Source: Oligoflexia bacterium (GTDB lineage Bacteria; Bdellovibrionota; UBA1018). Taken from it: a DNA stretch of 64,000 bases. Below the pieces are notes generated by a model, which worked only from the letters and a program-made list of their open reading frames with translations, ran no database searches and was not told the origin of the DNA. The stretch covers positions 640,001 to 704,000 of the forward strand of contig CAVWVI010000003.1 in NCBI GenBank assembly GCA_963758495.1, given 5' to 3'. The position numbers were made by a program, and so were the translations under genes. This document shows positions 1 to 9,982 of this stretch, in pieces. Within the stretch, counting starts at the first letter, position 1; each line of letters opens with the position of its first letter.

Positions 1-1666
1 TGTTTGCAAAATGCCAAATGAAGTCGAACAGGAGGCTTTTAAACAGCTAGGTAGACTCGAGCGAATGCACCCAGATGCTTCTGAAGCCTCTATGCTTCGA
101 ACTTATATCGATTGGTTAATTGAGACTCCCTGGAGTAAACATACTATCGACAATTTAGATTTAACTCGCGCCAAAGCCATTTTAGACGAAGACCATTATA
201 ATCTTTCTAAAATTAAAGAACGAATTCTTGAATACTTGGCTGTGAGAAAATTGAAAGATAAAATGAAAGGTCCCCTCCTCTGCTTTACTGGCCCTCCAGG
301 AGTTGGAAAAACCTCATTAGGTCGCTCTATCGCTCGCGCACTGGGTCGAGAATTTGTTCGAGTGTCTTTAGGCGGAGTCAAGGATGAAGCTGAAATTCGA
401 GGACATCGCCGTACTTATGTCGGTGCCTTACCTGGACGAATCATTCAAGGACTAAAACAAGTCGGAACTAACAATCCCGTTTTTATTCTCGATGAAATCG
501 ATAAACTGGGAAGTGATTTTCGGGGTGATCCATCCGCAGCACTCTTGGAAGTCCTTGATCCAGAGCAAAACAATAGCTTCCGAGATCATTATTTAAATGT
601 CCCATTTGACCTTTCCAATGTGATGTTCCTCGCGACCTGCAATGTTCTTGATTCCATTCCCTCTGCCTTAAGAGACCGAATGGAAGTGATCCAGCTAGCT
701 GGTTATACTGAAGAAGAAAAATATTTCATCTCTAAGAAATATCTTATACCAAAACAAACAGTGGAAAATGGAATCAAAGACACTCAGATTGAATTTGATG
801 ATTCCTCCATTAAAACTATTGTTTCTCAGTACACTCGAGAAGCAGGTTTAAGAAATTTAGAACGAAATATTGCAACGGTCTGTAGAAAAACTGCTCGCCT
901 GGTAGCAGAAGGTAAAGCTGAAAAAACTTTGATTAATCAAGAACAAGTTTATCGGTTTTTGGGGCCTGCTCCCTATTTAAGAGAAGACGAGCAAGAAAAA
1001 GACGAGATCGGTATCGCTACTGGACTTGCCTGGACATCAGTCGGAGGAGAAATCCTATTTGTCGAAGTGACCCGGATGAAAGGTAAAGGTGGCATCATCT
1101 TAACTGGGCAGCTAGGAGATGTCATGAAAGAATCAGGTCAAGCAGCCCTAGGCTTAATTCGATCCCGGGCGAAAGACTTCGATTTAAATGAAGATATCTT
1201 TTCGAATACTGATATTCATGTGCACTTTCCTGCTGCTGCAGTTCCAAAAGATGGACCTTCCGCTGGAATCACGATGGCCGCAGCCATGATATCGCGTTTG
1301 ACTGGCATTCCTATTCGTAAAGATGTAGCAATGACAGGTGAAATCACTTTGACAGGTCGCGTACTTCCAATCGGCGGGTTAAAAGAAAAGGCGCTTGCCG
1401 CTATGCGGCATGGAATTAAAACGATTATTATTCCTGCAAAGAATAAAAAGGATTTAGAAGATATTCCTGAGGAATACAGACAACATCTCAAGTTTATCCT
1501 CGTAAAAAATATCGATGAAGTCCTGGATGTGGTCTTAACGCAAAAACTGTCTGCTAAAGGTCGAGAGAAATTCTCCCCTTCAAGTAATAAAGACGAAAAG
1601 CAGCTAAAAGGGCCTCGAAAAAAGGTACCAGCGGCTGCTGGCCCTGGCTTTGATAAAGCAGCTTAA
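1..1666 (+). CDS. lon: ATP-dependent Lon protease, 5'-truncated by the window edge
   Basis: Walker [19 protein letters not shown], Walker B ILDEIDK, catalytic PKDGPSAG and PIGGLKEK; frame is open back to the window start. Confidence 0.97.
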   Translation, partial: VCKMPNEVEQEAFKQLGRLERMHPDASEASMLRTYIDWLIETPWSKHTIDNLDLTRAKAILDEDHYNLSKIKERILEYLAVRKLKDKMKGPLLCFTGPPGVGKTSLGRSIARALGREFVRVSLGGVKDEAEIRGHRRTYVGALPGRIIQGLKQVGTNNPVFILDEIDKLGSDFRGDPSAALLEVLDPEQNNSFRDHYLNVPFDLSNVMFLATCNVLDSIPSALRDRMEVIQLAGYTEEEKYFISKKYLIPKQTVENGIKDTQIEFDDSSIKTIVSQYTREAGLRNLERNIATVCRKTARLVAEGKAEKTLINQEQVYRFLGPAPYLREDEQEKDEIGIATGLAWTSVGGEILFVEVTRMKGKGGIILTGQLGDVMKESGQAALGLIRSRAKDFDLNEDIFSNTDIHVHFPAAAVPKDGPSAGITMAAAMISRLTGIPIRKDVAMTGEITLTGRVLPIGGLKEKALAAMRHGIKTIIIPAKNKKDLEDIPEEYRQHLKFILVKNIDEVLDVVLTQKLSAKGREKFSPSSNKDEKQLKGPRKKVPAAAGPGFDKAA

Positions 1667-1678
1667 TCATGATTCGAA

Positions 1679-1714
1679 GTAGTTACTGTAAGGAACCCTA
1701 AAGGAACTGCTTAC
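1679..1714 (+). mobile_element. 36-nt short form of the GTAAG...CTTAC miniature element
   Basis: GTAGTTACTGTAAGGAACCCTAAAGGAACTGCTTAC matches both ends of the 101-nt copies; flanked by GATTCGAA (1671-1678) and GATTCGCA (1715-1722). Confidence 0.75.
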
Positions 1715-1788
1715 GATTCGCACGAGAAAGCATCACTTTGATTTTCATTTAAATTGAAGGGTTACCGCAACCGTGCGAAAACTAAATT

Positions 1789-2940
1789 ATGACTTCATTG
1801 GAGTTATTGATTTGTGTAGTGCTCGTTTTTTTGTCCGCCTATATGTCAGCCTCGGAAATCGCCTTATTTAGTCTTTCAAAATTCCAATTGAGGTCTTTAA
1901 AAGAGAATTTTAGACCGGTTCATCGTAAAATAAAGCGCCTCTTATCGGATCCAGGGGGCTTACTCATTACCACGCTTGTTGCAAATGAAGTCCTCAATAT
2001 AGCTTTAGCGTCATTCATTACAGAATTTGTATCTCGGAATCAGGCGTCCACCCATCTAAGACTCAGTCACATCCCTGATTGGGCATCTCAAACTTTAATC
2101 GGAATTTTAATTGCAACTCCCATCATCCTTCTTTTTTGCGAGATTACCCCCAAGGTCATCGCCGCACGAATGAACCGGCTGATTGCCATACTTACCGCCG
2201 GCCCTCTCAACATCATTTATGACCTATTTAAACCCATCCGCTACGCTTTAAAAATAACTGTAGCCATGATTATTCGCCTTATCCCTTCCGAAAATAAAAG
2301 AAGAATAGTGCTCTACCCAGAAGTGAATTCAACCGATACTACGAAGCATGAGACTATTCTCAAAGAGTCCGACTTTCTTTTAATGGTCGAAGAGGGTCAT
2401 AAAGAAGGCGCGATTCAAGAGGAAGAACTTGAGCTCATCCGTAATGTATTTGAACTCAACAATACCCCTGTATCAGAAATCTCAACGCCCCTCTCTCAAG
2501 TTTTAACGTTACCTGTAACCACCACTATCAAAGGAGCCTTAGCAGCAGTTCGAAATCAAAAATATTCTCGAATTCCCATCATTGGAATGAATCGAAAAGA
2601 AATCGTAGGCATTTTATACTCCAAAGATTTACTGAGATCCAAAATTCAAGCCGACAGTTTCCCAGATACGGTAACCTCGCTCATGCGTAAGCCCTTTTTT
2701 GTTCCACCCACTATGAAGCTCAATGCTCTCTTCCGACGATTCAAACAACATAAAATCCATATGGCTATAGTCAAAGCACCCAATGGCGAAATCACTGGGG
2801 TCGTGACTATGAATGACATTCTAGATGCTCTTTTTGAAGATCTTTTTACAGAAGAGGATTTACGAAAAAAATCAGAACATCCTCCTTCACGAATGCACCC
2901 CCATCATAAGAAACAGACTTCCGGGAGAAAAATCAAGTGA
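1789..2940 (+). CDS. CNNM/DUF21 + CBS-pair membrane protein (hemolysin/CorC-like)
   Basis: SASEIALFSLS N-terminal DUF21 signature, EITPK, YSRIPI and CBS repeats. Confidence 0.9.
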   Translation: MTSLELLICVVLVFLSAYMSASEIALFSLSKFQLRSLKENFRPVHRKIKRLLSDPGGLLITTLVANEVLNIALASFITEFVSRNQASTHLRLSHIPDWASQTLIGILIATPIILLFCEITPKVIAARMNRLIAILTAGPLNIIYDLFKPIRYALKITVAMIIRLIPSENKRRIVLYPEVNSTDTTKHETILKESDFLLMVEEGHKEGAIQEEELELIRNVFELNNTPVSEISTPLSQVLTLPVTTTIKGALAAVRNQKYSRIPIIGMNRKEIVGILYSKDLLRSKIQADSFPDTVTSLMRKPFFVPPTMKLNALFRRFKQHKIHMAIVKAPNGEITGVVTMNDILDALFEDLFTEEDLRKKSEHPPSRMHPHHKKQTSGRKIK

Positions 2941-4208
2941 TCACGCTTACAGTTTGGAAGCTCGTTGCAATGGTCACTCCACTTACAATCATAGAAGGTT
3001 TCTTTGCAGGTTCAGAAATCGCACTTCTATCTGCAGACAAACTCACCCTTATACAACAATCTAAACAAGGAAATACTCGAGCATCCTTAGCTTTAAAATT
3101 AGCAACTCACCCGGAACAAGTATTTTCAACCACCTTACTCATCACAAGCATCTGCGTCATCAGTAACTCAGCACTCATAGCTCTCTTTTTCTTAGAACAA
3201 TCACTCAAACATGCTGAATGGATAGCAGTCCTTGTCACTTCACCTCTGGTTGTCCTTTTAGGAGAACTCATTCCAAAAACAATTTACCAGAGGAATGCCA
3301 ACTTTTTGGCACCCTGGGTAGCCTATCCTATCCATTGGACGTATTGGTTATTTTACCCCATTACTCGGATTTTATCTTCTTACACAAATCGTCTCTCTCT
3401 TATCATTGGGCCTATAGAAGAGTTGCTCGCAGGAAGACGAAAAACGACTCGAGAGGAAATACGGGCACTTCTCTCATATACAAGAAATGAAACGGAGATC
3501 AAAACAAACGAAAAAAGAATGATCAAACGTATATTTGATTTTCGGTATTCCGAAGCGCAGCATGCGCTCATTCCTCTAGTCAGGGTAGACGCCATTGATG
3601 AGTCTGTTTCAGTTAAAGAAGCATTAGAAAGCTTTGAACGACATCGGCATTCTAGAATGCCTGCATATTTGGAACGCATCGACAACATCGTGGGAGTGAT
3701 AGAAGCAGTTGATATCCTATTTGCTACCGACCTGGAAGAGCCAATTAGTCACTACATCACTCCTGCCCAATACGTTCCGGAAACACAACCCCTTGCAGAC
3801 CTCATGCTTGATATGCGGCGAGAAAATCATGAAATGGCTGTAGTCGTTGATGAACACGGTGGGGCTGTCGGAATTTTGACGTTTGAAGATATTGCCGAAG
3901 AAATTGTTGGAGAAATTAGTGATGAGTATGATTACGAATCCCTGCCTTTCAAGGCAGTCTCAGAAACAAGCTGGGTCGTCAAGGCCAGCATGGAAATCCA
4001 GCAAATAAACGAGATCTTAAAACTTGAACTACCTGAAGGAAACTATGAGACTTTAAGTGGATTTTTGCTTCAACAATTTGGAAGAATTCCAGACATAGGA
4101 GATGAATTGTTCTTTGACACTCCTGCAGGTGCTTTCAAATTTACGATTCAAAAAGCTACCGAGCGACATATAGAAACCGTGCTGATTCAAAAAATGGAAT
4201 CCATCTGA
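2937..4208 (+). CDS. CNNM/DUF21 + CBS + CorC_HlyC protein
   Basis: FFAGSEIAL, GELIPK, HSRMP, VVDEHGGAVGILTFEDIAEEIVGEI, YETLSG; overlaps the upstream stop codon. Confidence 0.92.
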   Translation: MITLTVWKLVAMVTPLTIIEGFFAGSEIALLSADKLTLIQQSKQGNTRASLALKLATHPEQVFSTTLLITSICVISNSALIALFFLEQSLKHAEWIAVLVTSPLVVLLGELIPKTIYQRNANFLAPWVAYPIHWTYWLFYPITRILSSYTNRLSLIIGPIEELLAGRRKTTREEIRALLSYTRNETEIKTNEKRMIKRIFDFRYSEAQHALIPLVRVDAIDESVSVKEALESFERHRHSRMPAYLERIDNIVGVIEAVDILFATDLEEPISHYITPAQYVPETQPLADLMLDMRRENHEMAVVVDEHGGAVGILTFEDIAEEIVGEISDEYDYESLPFKAVSETSWVVKASMEIQQINEILKLELPEGNYETLSGFLLQQFGRIPDIGDELFFDTPAGAFKFTIQKATERHIETVLIQKMESI

Positions 4209-4268
4209 CCTATTTTTTTAAATATTTTTAACAAGAAGTCTGTACAATCATTATAAAGAGGCCATTCA

Positions 4269-4679
4269 ATGCAGAAGACAGTGCTCATTGTCGATGATAT
4301 TTCTTTCGTCAGAAAAACTCTCTCAGATATTTTAACAGCAGCACATTATCAAGTGGTTGGGGAAGCATCGGATGGCGCAGAAGCAGTGAATCTGTACGCC
4401 CAACTTCGACCCGATATTGTGACCATGGATGTAGTCATGCCCATGATGAGCGGAATTGATGCCACTCGACGAATTATCAAAGCCGACAAACATGCTAAAG
4501 TAATAATTATTTCAGCCATGGGCCAAGAAAATCTCGTTATGGAAGCGATCAACGTTGGAGCAAAAGACTATATTTTAAAGCCTTTTAGTACTGAAGACAT
4601 TTTAAAAACCGTTGAGCGAACGCTGCAAGGTGAACAAAACATCTTAGCGCGATCGACTCACCGGGAGAAACTGGGTTGA
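4269..4679 (+). CDS. CheY-like single-domain response regulator
   Basis: VLIVDD, phosphoacceptor TMDVVMP, ISAMGQ, KPF. Confidence 0.9.
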   Translation: MQKTVLIVDDISFVRKTLSDILTAAHYQVVGEASDGAEAVNLYAQLRPDIVTMDVVMPMMSGIDATRRIIKADKHAKVIIISAMGQENLVMEAINVGAKDYILKPFSTEDILKTVERTLQGEQNILARSTHREKLG

Positions 4680-4720
4680 GTGGGATTTAATCAATTAATC
4701 ATGAAAAGGCAGGAAGCCGC

Positions 4721-5257
4721 ATGATTGCACAGGAAGAGACAATACGAAGAGTAGTGAATGCATTACCGCATGAATTTCAATTTTATCATCTTGGAAAAGT
4801 AGAATTGCAATCCATTGATGTAAGCACTGCAAGGAGTCCTGTTGCGCCGGGAATTCAACTCTTTACGGCGCAACAGGACTCCTTGCAATTCTTGTCAACA
4901 GCCCTAGAGGAACTCATTACCATTGATTTTAAGGAAACCGATGCGATCGCGTACCATCTTTTTGGAGACTTACGAGCACTCATCATTATCCTTTTTGCAA
5001 AGGATTTAGATTTCGCGACTTATTCTGAATTGGGCAATGTACTCGCAAGTAAAATAGCCAATCAGTTGAGCTTAGACAACGGAGCAGATATTTTAATTTC
5101 TCCCCCACAACAGCTGAATCACGCTCAAATAGAGCAACTTATCCAAAATAAAAATACGGTTATCAGACGAACTTACACACACTTGAATAAAAACTCGGTT
5201 ATTCCTATAGCAACCTGGGTCTTACCGACTCCATCAGAAGGGTTTGGATATGCTTAA
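4721..5257 (+). CDS. CheC/CheX-like phosphatase-fold protein carrying an in-frame 36-aa element-derived insertion
   Basis: SELGNVLAS...ISPP resembles the CheC E-xx-N...P motif; directly downstream of a CheY-like gene; insertion 4820-4927. Confidence 0.6.
   Translation: MIAQEETIRRVVNALPHEFQFYHLGKVELQSIDVSTARSPVAPGIQLFTAQQDSLQFLSTALEELITIDFKETDAIAYHLFGDLRALIIILFAKDLDFATYSELGNVLASKIANQLSLDNGADILISPPQQLNHAQIEQLIQNKNTVIRRTYTHLNKNSVIPIATWVLPTPSEGFGYA
4820..4920 (+). mobile_element. 101-nt palindromic miniature element inserted in frame in a CDS
   Basis: Colinear with the copies at 20657 and 24786 (opposite orientation); 22-bp perfect stem TGCAAGGAGTCCTGTTGCGCCG/CGGCGCAACAGGACTCCTTGCA; direct repeat CCATTGAT at 4812-4819 and 4920-4927. 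Confidence 0.9.
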
Positions 5258-5576
5258 AGCAATTGGTTCTTGTTTAAAGATTTTGACCTTTTCAATTCTT
5301 GTATTGATTTTAGGAAATTGGTTCAAATGGGATGGCAGAACGATTTCAGATCAAGTAAAGTTTCACATGGCTCATGCTGAACGTTCCGAAACACTGAATA
5401 CGGTTCGTGAATGGGCACAGAAAATCACTCATGAAGCAAGCAAAGGGGCGCATATTAAATCCATCCATTTCTCCTCTCCTATGACTGTCACAGTACCCGA
5501 AGAGATTTCCCCTTCCGAAAGACAAAAACTTAGAGCACTCATCCAAGAACTCAATAGTTCACATAAAAAAGATTAA
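5244..5576 (+). CDS. Hypothetical protein with N-terminal membrane anchor
   Basis: ORF with a hydrophobic N-terminus overlapping the upstream gene. Confidence 0.65.
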   Translation: MDMLKAIGSCLKILTFSILVLILGNWFKWDGRTISDQVKFHMAHAERSETLNTVREWAQKITHEASKGAHIKSIHFSSPMTVTVPEEISPSERQKLRALIQELNSSHKKD

Positions 5577-5593
5577 AAACCCCAAATTTGATT

Positions 5594-5624
5594 AAAAAAA
5601 ACCCACTTCATTTCTGAAGTGGGT
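5594..5624 (-). terminator. Rho-independent terminator for the HU gene
   Basis: ACCCACTTCA-tttc-TGAAGTGGGT hairpin with an adjacent A-tract (U-tract on the minus strand). Confidence 0.75.
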
Positions 5625-5659
5625 CATCACTTTCATTCAATCGAATGATTCGTATTGAG

Positions 5660-5932
5660 TTATTTCAAACTGTCTTTGAATTCACGTCCTGGGCGAAATT
5701 TTGGAACTGTCATCGCAGGAATCTTAATCTCTTTGCCAGTCTGAGGATTACGACCAATACGAGCTTTACGCTTGGTCTTCGTGAAGGTGCCAAAACCGAT
5801 TAAGGTAACATCATCACCCTTTTTCACACTCTTCTTAATCGTATCTAACGTAGTATTTAAAACCATTTCTGCATCTACTTTGGTCATCTTCGTGTTCTTT
5901 GCCACTGCTTCGATCAATTGAGCCTTGTTCAT
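5660..5932 (-). CDS. hup: HU family DNA-binding protein (start reassigned to MNKAQLIEAV)
   Basis: GFGTF, ARIGRNPQTG, VPKFRPG; 90 aa from the ATG at 5932 with AGGAGA upstream. Confidence 0.93.
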   Translation of the reverse strand: MNKAQLIEAVAKNTKMTKVDAEMVLNTTLDTIKKSVKKGDDVTLIGFGTFTKTKRKARIGRNPQTGKEIKIPAMTVPKFRPGREFKDSLK

Positions 5933-6098
5933 TGTGTCTATCTCCTTAACATGTTGATTACGTGTCACTGACTTACCCCAAATTATTACTTCCTTGGAGG
6001 TATCCCCTTCACGAGGCTCCATGCGGCAAGCCAAACCTAACTAGCTTGAGATGATGTCCAAATACGGGGTCTCTGTCAACGCCAGTTTTAAAAAAAGT

Positions 6099-6650
6099 TC
6101 AACTTTCTCGGACAATCCTGAGCTTCTTGATTCCAACTTCCTCACGAGGTCGATCCATAGGACCCGTTTGAACACTTCCGAGCTTTTCCAATACATCTAG
6201 CCCTTTCACGACACTACCAAAAACTGAATGCTTGCCATCCAGCCACTGAGTGGGAACCAAGGTAATGAAAAACTGGCTGCCATTTGTATTTGGACCCGAA
6301 TTTGCCATAGATAAAACGCCTGCTGCGTTGTGTTTGAGCGTTGGATGAAACTCATCCTTAAATCGATAGCCCGGCCCCCCCGTACCCAGACCTAACCGAT
6401 CGCCACCTTGAACCATAAAATTTTTGATAATTCGATGAAAAATCGTTCCATCGTAAAAAGGATCAGTGCAGCTTTTTCCAGATTTTGGATCGGTGTAATC
6501 TTTCTCACCATTTGCTAAAGTCACAAAGTTTTTAACGGTTTCAGGTGCCTTTTCCTCCTCAAGCTTACAAGTGATATCGCCCAAAGTTGTTTCAAAAACC
6601 GCATAAAGACCTTTACCTAAACCTAAATTCTCTTCCACTGTAGATCGCAT
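6099..6650 (-). CDS. Cyclophilin-type peptidyl-prolyl cis-trans isomerase (likely start MRSTVEE)
   Basis: FHRIIKNFMVQGGD, LSMANSGPNTNGSQFFIT, WLDGKHSVFG; GGAG upstream of the ATG at 6650. Confidence 0.93.
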   Translation of the reverse strand: MRSTVEENLGLGKGLYAVFETTLGDITCKLEEEKAPETVKNFVTLANGEKDYTDPKSGKSCTDPFYDGTIFHRIIKNFMVQGGDRLGLGTGGPGYRFKDEFHPTLKHNAAGVLSMANSGPNTNGSQFFITLVPTQWLDGKHSVFGSVVKGLDVLEKLGSVQTGPMDRPREEVGIKKLRIVRES

Positions 6651-6728
6651 AATAGACTCCTTTTTACAGAGCGGTATCATGAATTCACTCAAGCCAGAAG
6701 CGGAAAGCAGAAGATCAGGCCCCTAGAC

Positions 6729-7196
6729 CTAAGAGGACTCATTTGATGACTTGAGTTGCTGCAATATACTGATTAACACCTCAGAGTTAGAGGCAAAGCA
6801 AATGAGCTTTAATGCCTCGTCCGCACTCACCCATCGATAATCATCATGTTCATGAGGGTCTAAGCGCACCCGAGGCGGTAAACGATCTTTGGAAACTATC
6901 ATGATCAAAAATCCGTACTCTACGACTTGCGATCCACGACTCTCAAACTGAAATGGCCTTCCTACCGATTGGGGATAGCCGGAAAAGGACAATCCGGTTT
7001 CCTCTTCAGCCTCTCGTAATGCAGCCTTATCCAAAGACTCCCCTTTTTCAACACTTCCAGTCACCGGTTGCCAAAAGCCTCCCCTTTGAGGGAGCGTTCT
7101 CAGAATCAAAAAAGAATACAAGCCTTCATTGAGATGATGAAAGCAAATCCATACTTGAACCTTTTGTTTTATTTTCTGAAAAATGGGATACCTCAA
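6729..7196 (-). CDS. Nudix hydrolase (NudB-like)
   Basis: FWQPVTGSVEKGESLDKAALREAEEETG Nudix box; EHDDYRWV. Confidence 0.88.
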   Translation of the reverse strand: MRYPIFQKIKQKVQVWICFHHLNEGLYSFLILRTLPQRGGFWQPVTGSVEKGESLDKAALREAEEETGLSFSGYPQSVGRPFQFESRGSQVVEYGFLIMIVSKDRLPPRVRLDPHEHDDYRWVSADEALKLICFASNSEVLISILQQLKSSNESS

Positions 7197-7244
7197 AGTA
7201 AGCGAAACTCTCTCATGAGTCAGTCACAAGTCTCTTAAATTAAT

Positions 7245-8714
7245 TTAATACCAATTGAGTGGGGCTTCATCCAAGTTGTCGGTCACCTGTTTAACCTCTA
7301 AATACTCTTCGATGCCGTAGGTACCGAGCTCTCTTCCTATTCCACTTTGTTTATATCCACCCCAAGGGAGTTCATTGTAAGTGGTATTGAAAGTATTGAT
7401 CCACACAATGCCGACACGAAGCTGCCCTTTAACTCGGTTTGCTCGAGCTTTATCTTTTGTCCAGATTCCTGCTGCTAACCCGTATTCTGAGTCATTAGCT
7501 AATTCGATGGCTTCTTCCTCAGTCTCAAATGGCATAACAGTGAGGACAGGACCAAAGATTTCTTCCCGCGCGATTCGCATAGAAGGTTTTACATTGTCAA
7601 AAATAGTAGGTTCTAGGAAATTTCCATTAGCAAATTCCTGACCCTCGGGTCGTTTTCCACCGCAGCGGAGGGTTGCACCTTCTTGAATTCCGATTCGAAT
7701 GTACTCTTCCACTCTATTTCTATGAGCGGCAGAAATCAGAGGACCCATTTTTACATCTGGGTTCAGACCCTGTCCTAATTTAATCCGTGGAATTTTCTTG
7801 AGCATCGCCTCGATGAATGCTTGATAAATGGTTCGCTCTACCAAAAGACGAGAGCCAGAAGAGCAGACTTCTCCTTGGTTAGCGAAGATTCCAACGAGGG
7901 CGCCATCGACAGCAGCTTCAAAATTCGAATCTGCAAAAACAATATTAGCGCTTTTTCCACCCAGTTCTAACGAGCATTTTTTAAGGGTTTCTGCAGCTGC
8001 ATGCGCTACTTTGCGTCCAGTTACTGTGCCTCCGGTGAAAGCAAGCTTATCTACCTGAGGATGAGAGGTCAGTTCTTCTCCTGCTCCAGCTCCTGGACCT
8101 GTAACGATATTCACCACGCCGGGAGGGAGGTTTAAATCCATGATGATTTGAGCTAGTTCCAGTGCGGTGACAGGAGTCATTTCAGAGGGCTTTAGAACAC
8201 ACGTATTGCCTGCAGCAAGTGCAGGTGCGAGTTTCCAGGCTGCCATGAGAAGAGGGTAGTTCCAAGGAATGATTTGTCCGCACACGCCGATTGGTTCGCG
8301 GACTACAGAGCATTTTACATTGTTTATTGGAACTTGAACGGGTTCTTCAGTGAGTTTAACTGCTAAATTGCCATAATACTCAAAAAGGTTCGCTGTATCT
8401 GTGATATCGGCTTCAGCTTCTCTGAGGGGTTTTCCATTATTTCTGACTTCAAGCTCAGCGAGCATTTTGGCCCGCGTCCGAATGGCTTCAGCTATTTTGA
8501 AAAGAATCTCTTTTCGATCTTGAGTCGTCGTTTTACGCCAAGGGCCGTGATCAAATGCTTCCCGTGCAGCATGGATGGCTTTAGCTACGTCCTCTCGGCT
8601 GCTCTCAGGAACGATTGCAATGAGCTCGTTATTGGCGGGATCTCGGATTTCTCGAGTAGCGCTATTTTTTGCATCTGTCCACTGACCGCTGATCATCATC
8701 TGATATTTCTTCAC
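7245..8714 (-). CDS. Aldehyde dehydrogenase (betaine-aldehyde DH-like); likely GTG start at 8714
   Basis: IIPWNYP, LKPSE, FTGG, LELGGKS, catalytic Cys in GEVCSSGSR, EEIFGPV; AGGAGAG just upstream of the GTG. Confidence 0.92.
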   Translation of the reverse strand: MKKYQMMISGQWTDAKNSATREIRDPANNELIAIVPESSREDVAKAIHAAREAFDHGPWRKTTTQDRKEILFKIAEAIRTRAKMLAELEVRNNGKPLREAEADITDTANLFEYYGNLAVKLTEEPVQVPINNVKCSVVREPIGVCGQIIPWNYPLLMAAWKLAPALAAGNTCVLKPSEMTPVTALELAQIIMDLNLPPGVVNIVTGPGAGAGEELTSHPQVDKLAFTGGTVTGRKVAHAAAETLKKCSLELGGKSANIVFADSNFEAAVDGALVGIFANQGEVCSSGSRLLVERTIYQAFIEAMLKKIPRIKLGQGLNPDVKMGPLISAAHRNRVEEYIRIGIQEGATLRCGGKRPEGQEFANGNFLEPTIFDNVKPSMRIAREEIFGPVLTVMPFETEEEAIELANDSEYGLAAGIWTKDKARANRVKGQLRVGIVWINTFNTTYNELPWGGYKQSGIGRELGTYGIEEYLEVKQVTDNLDEAPLNWY

Positions 8715-8945
8715 GTCATTCTCTCCTGCGAAACTAACGTGAGTATCGAAAGCAGTAGAGATGAGCATTAAGAAAATTTGAGTCGTAAAAAATTTTAAAA
8801 GAATCTTATTGTATTTTTTCATCATGAGAATGCCATGGCTAACATTCTAGACTATGCATGTCAAACGATGAGGGATCAGGGGAATGTCGGATCTGATCAT
8901 CCCCTCGTATCCCCCCATGAACCGAATTGACATGAGCCGAATTGA

Positions 8946-9890
8946 TTAAAGACAATGAGTCAAAGTAATGCTCGAAGCGGTCCCACCTGATGGAGTGAGC
9001 GTTGCTTGTCCGCAAGTCGATGAGAATACCAGAGTTTCAGATTTTCCGTCGTAGGGTCCACCCGAATAAGATGTTGAAATCGTTCCACCCGTGGGGAAAC
9101 AGCATCCCGCAGTATGGGTGAGTGGACTTGCAACGGTTGTGACAGACATAAATTGAGCTAGATTATGTTGAACGCGAACCGTCATGGAAGAAATCACCCG
9201 AGTTCCACCTGTTCCCGTCATCACAACAGGGTCATCAGTGGAAACTGTATGATCCCATTTAGGTAGACTGACAGAAGATCCTGTGTAATGCACTCCGTTG
9301 ATCACTATGGATCTTCCGCTGGAACAACCGGAAGATCCACACGTAATGGTCATTCCTCCTGTTTTAGGAGTTGAATAACCGCTGGAGTCCTGAGTCGTCG
9401 TTACGATGGAATTTGAACCTGCAGTCCGAGTCAAACCCGTTGTATCCGTGGTACGAGTAAAGACCGCATTAGCAGCACTATTCTTAGGAGAGTTCACACA
9501 CGAGCCAGTTGTCCAAGTAAAGATCATATTTCCAGTCCAACTTACAGCTCCAGTTGTGCAACCGTTGCCGGAGGTCCCTAAATCATAAGTTAAAGTGCTT
9601 CCAGAGCAGCTAGCTCCAGCAGCGATACTTGAGCACGTTGTACCCCAAGCATTCTGGAGTAAGGAAAACTGATCCTTCACACTTGCAAATAGACTTTTTT
9701 TTATCGTTGGACCCATATTTAGAAGAGCAATGGTGCCCTCTGTTGAGCTTGAAGCTCCGGCTACAGACGATGCTGCTATTTCCGATCCCGATCCATTGGA
9801 GGTAGTGGAAGAACCGCTTGAGCCGCAACCGTTGATCAGTAAAGTGAACACAGAAAGTAGAACTAGAACGAATCCGGTTTTATATTTCAT
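8946..9890 (-). CDS. Ser/Thr/Gly/Cys-rich lipoprotein of unknown function
   Basis: Signal peptide with lipobox LLINGC; many Cys; beta-rich composition. Confidence 0.75.
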   Translation of the reverse strand: MKYKTGFVLVLLSVFTLLINGCGSSGSSTTSNGSGSEIAASSVAGASSSTEGTIALLNMGPTIKKSLFASVKDQFSLLQNAWGTTCSSIAAGASCSGSTLTYDLGTSGNGCTTGAVSWTGNMIFTWTTGSCVNSPKNSAANAVFTRTTDTTGLTRTAGSNSIVTTTQDSSGYSTPKTGGMTITCGSSGCSSGRSIVINGVHYTGSSVSLPKWDHTVSTDDPVVMTGTGGTRVISSMTVRVQHNLAQFMSVTTVASPLTHTAGCCFPTGGTISTSYSGGPYDGKSETLVFSSTCGQATLTPSGGTASSITLTHCL

Positions 9891-9982
9891 TGGTAATAAT
9901 CCATCCTCTCTAAATTTGTTTTGTTATTACTATTGCATTTTTAGTGAAATAATTAAAATCTATTTATGAAAGATAAATAGAT

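Noticed and set aside
5933..6034. N-terminal extension of HU in the ORF track
   Set aside because: Canonical HU begins at MNKAQL (5932) with its own RBS
8917..8946. Tandem 15-bp near-duplicate CATGARCCGAATTGA
   Set aside because: Only two units at a gene end; likely local slippage with no evidence of function
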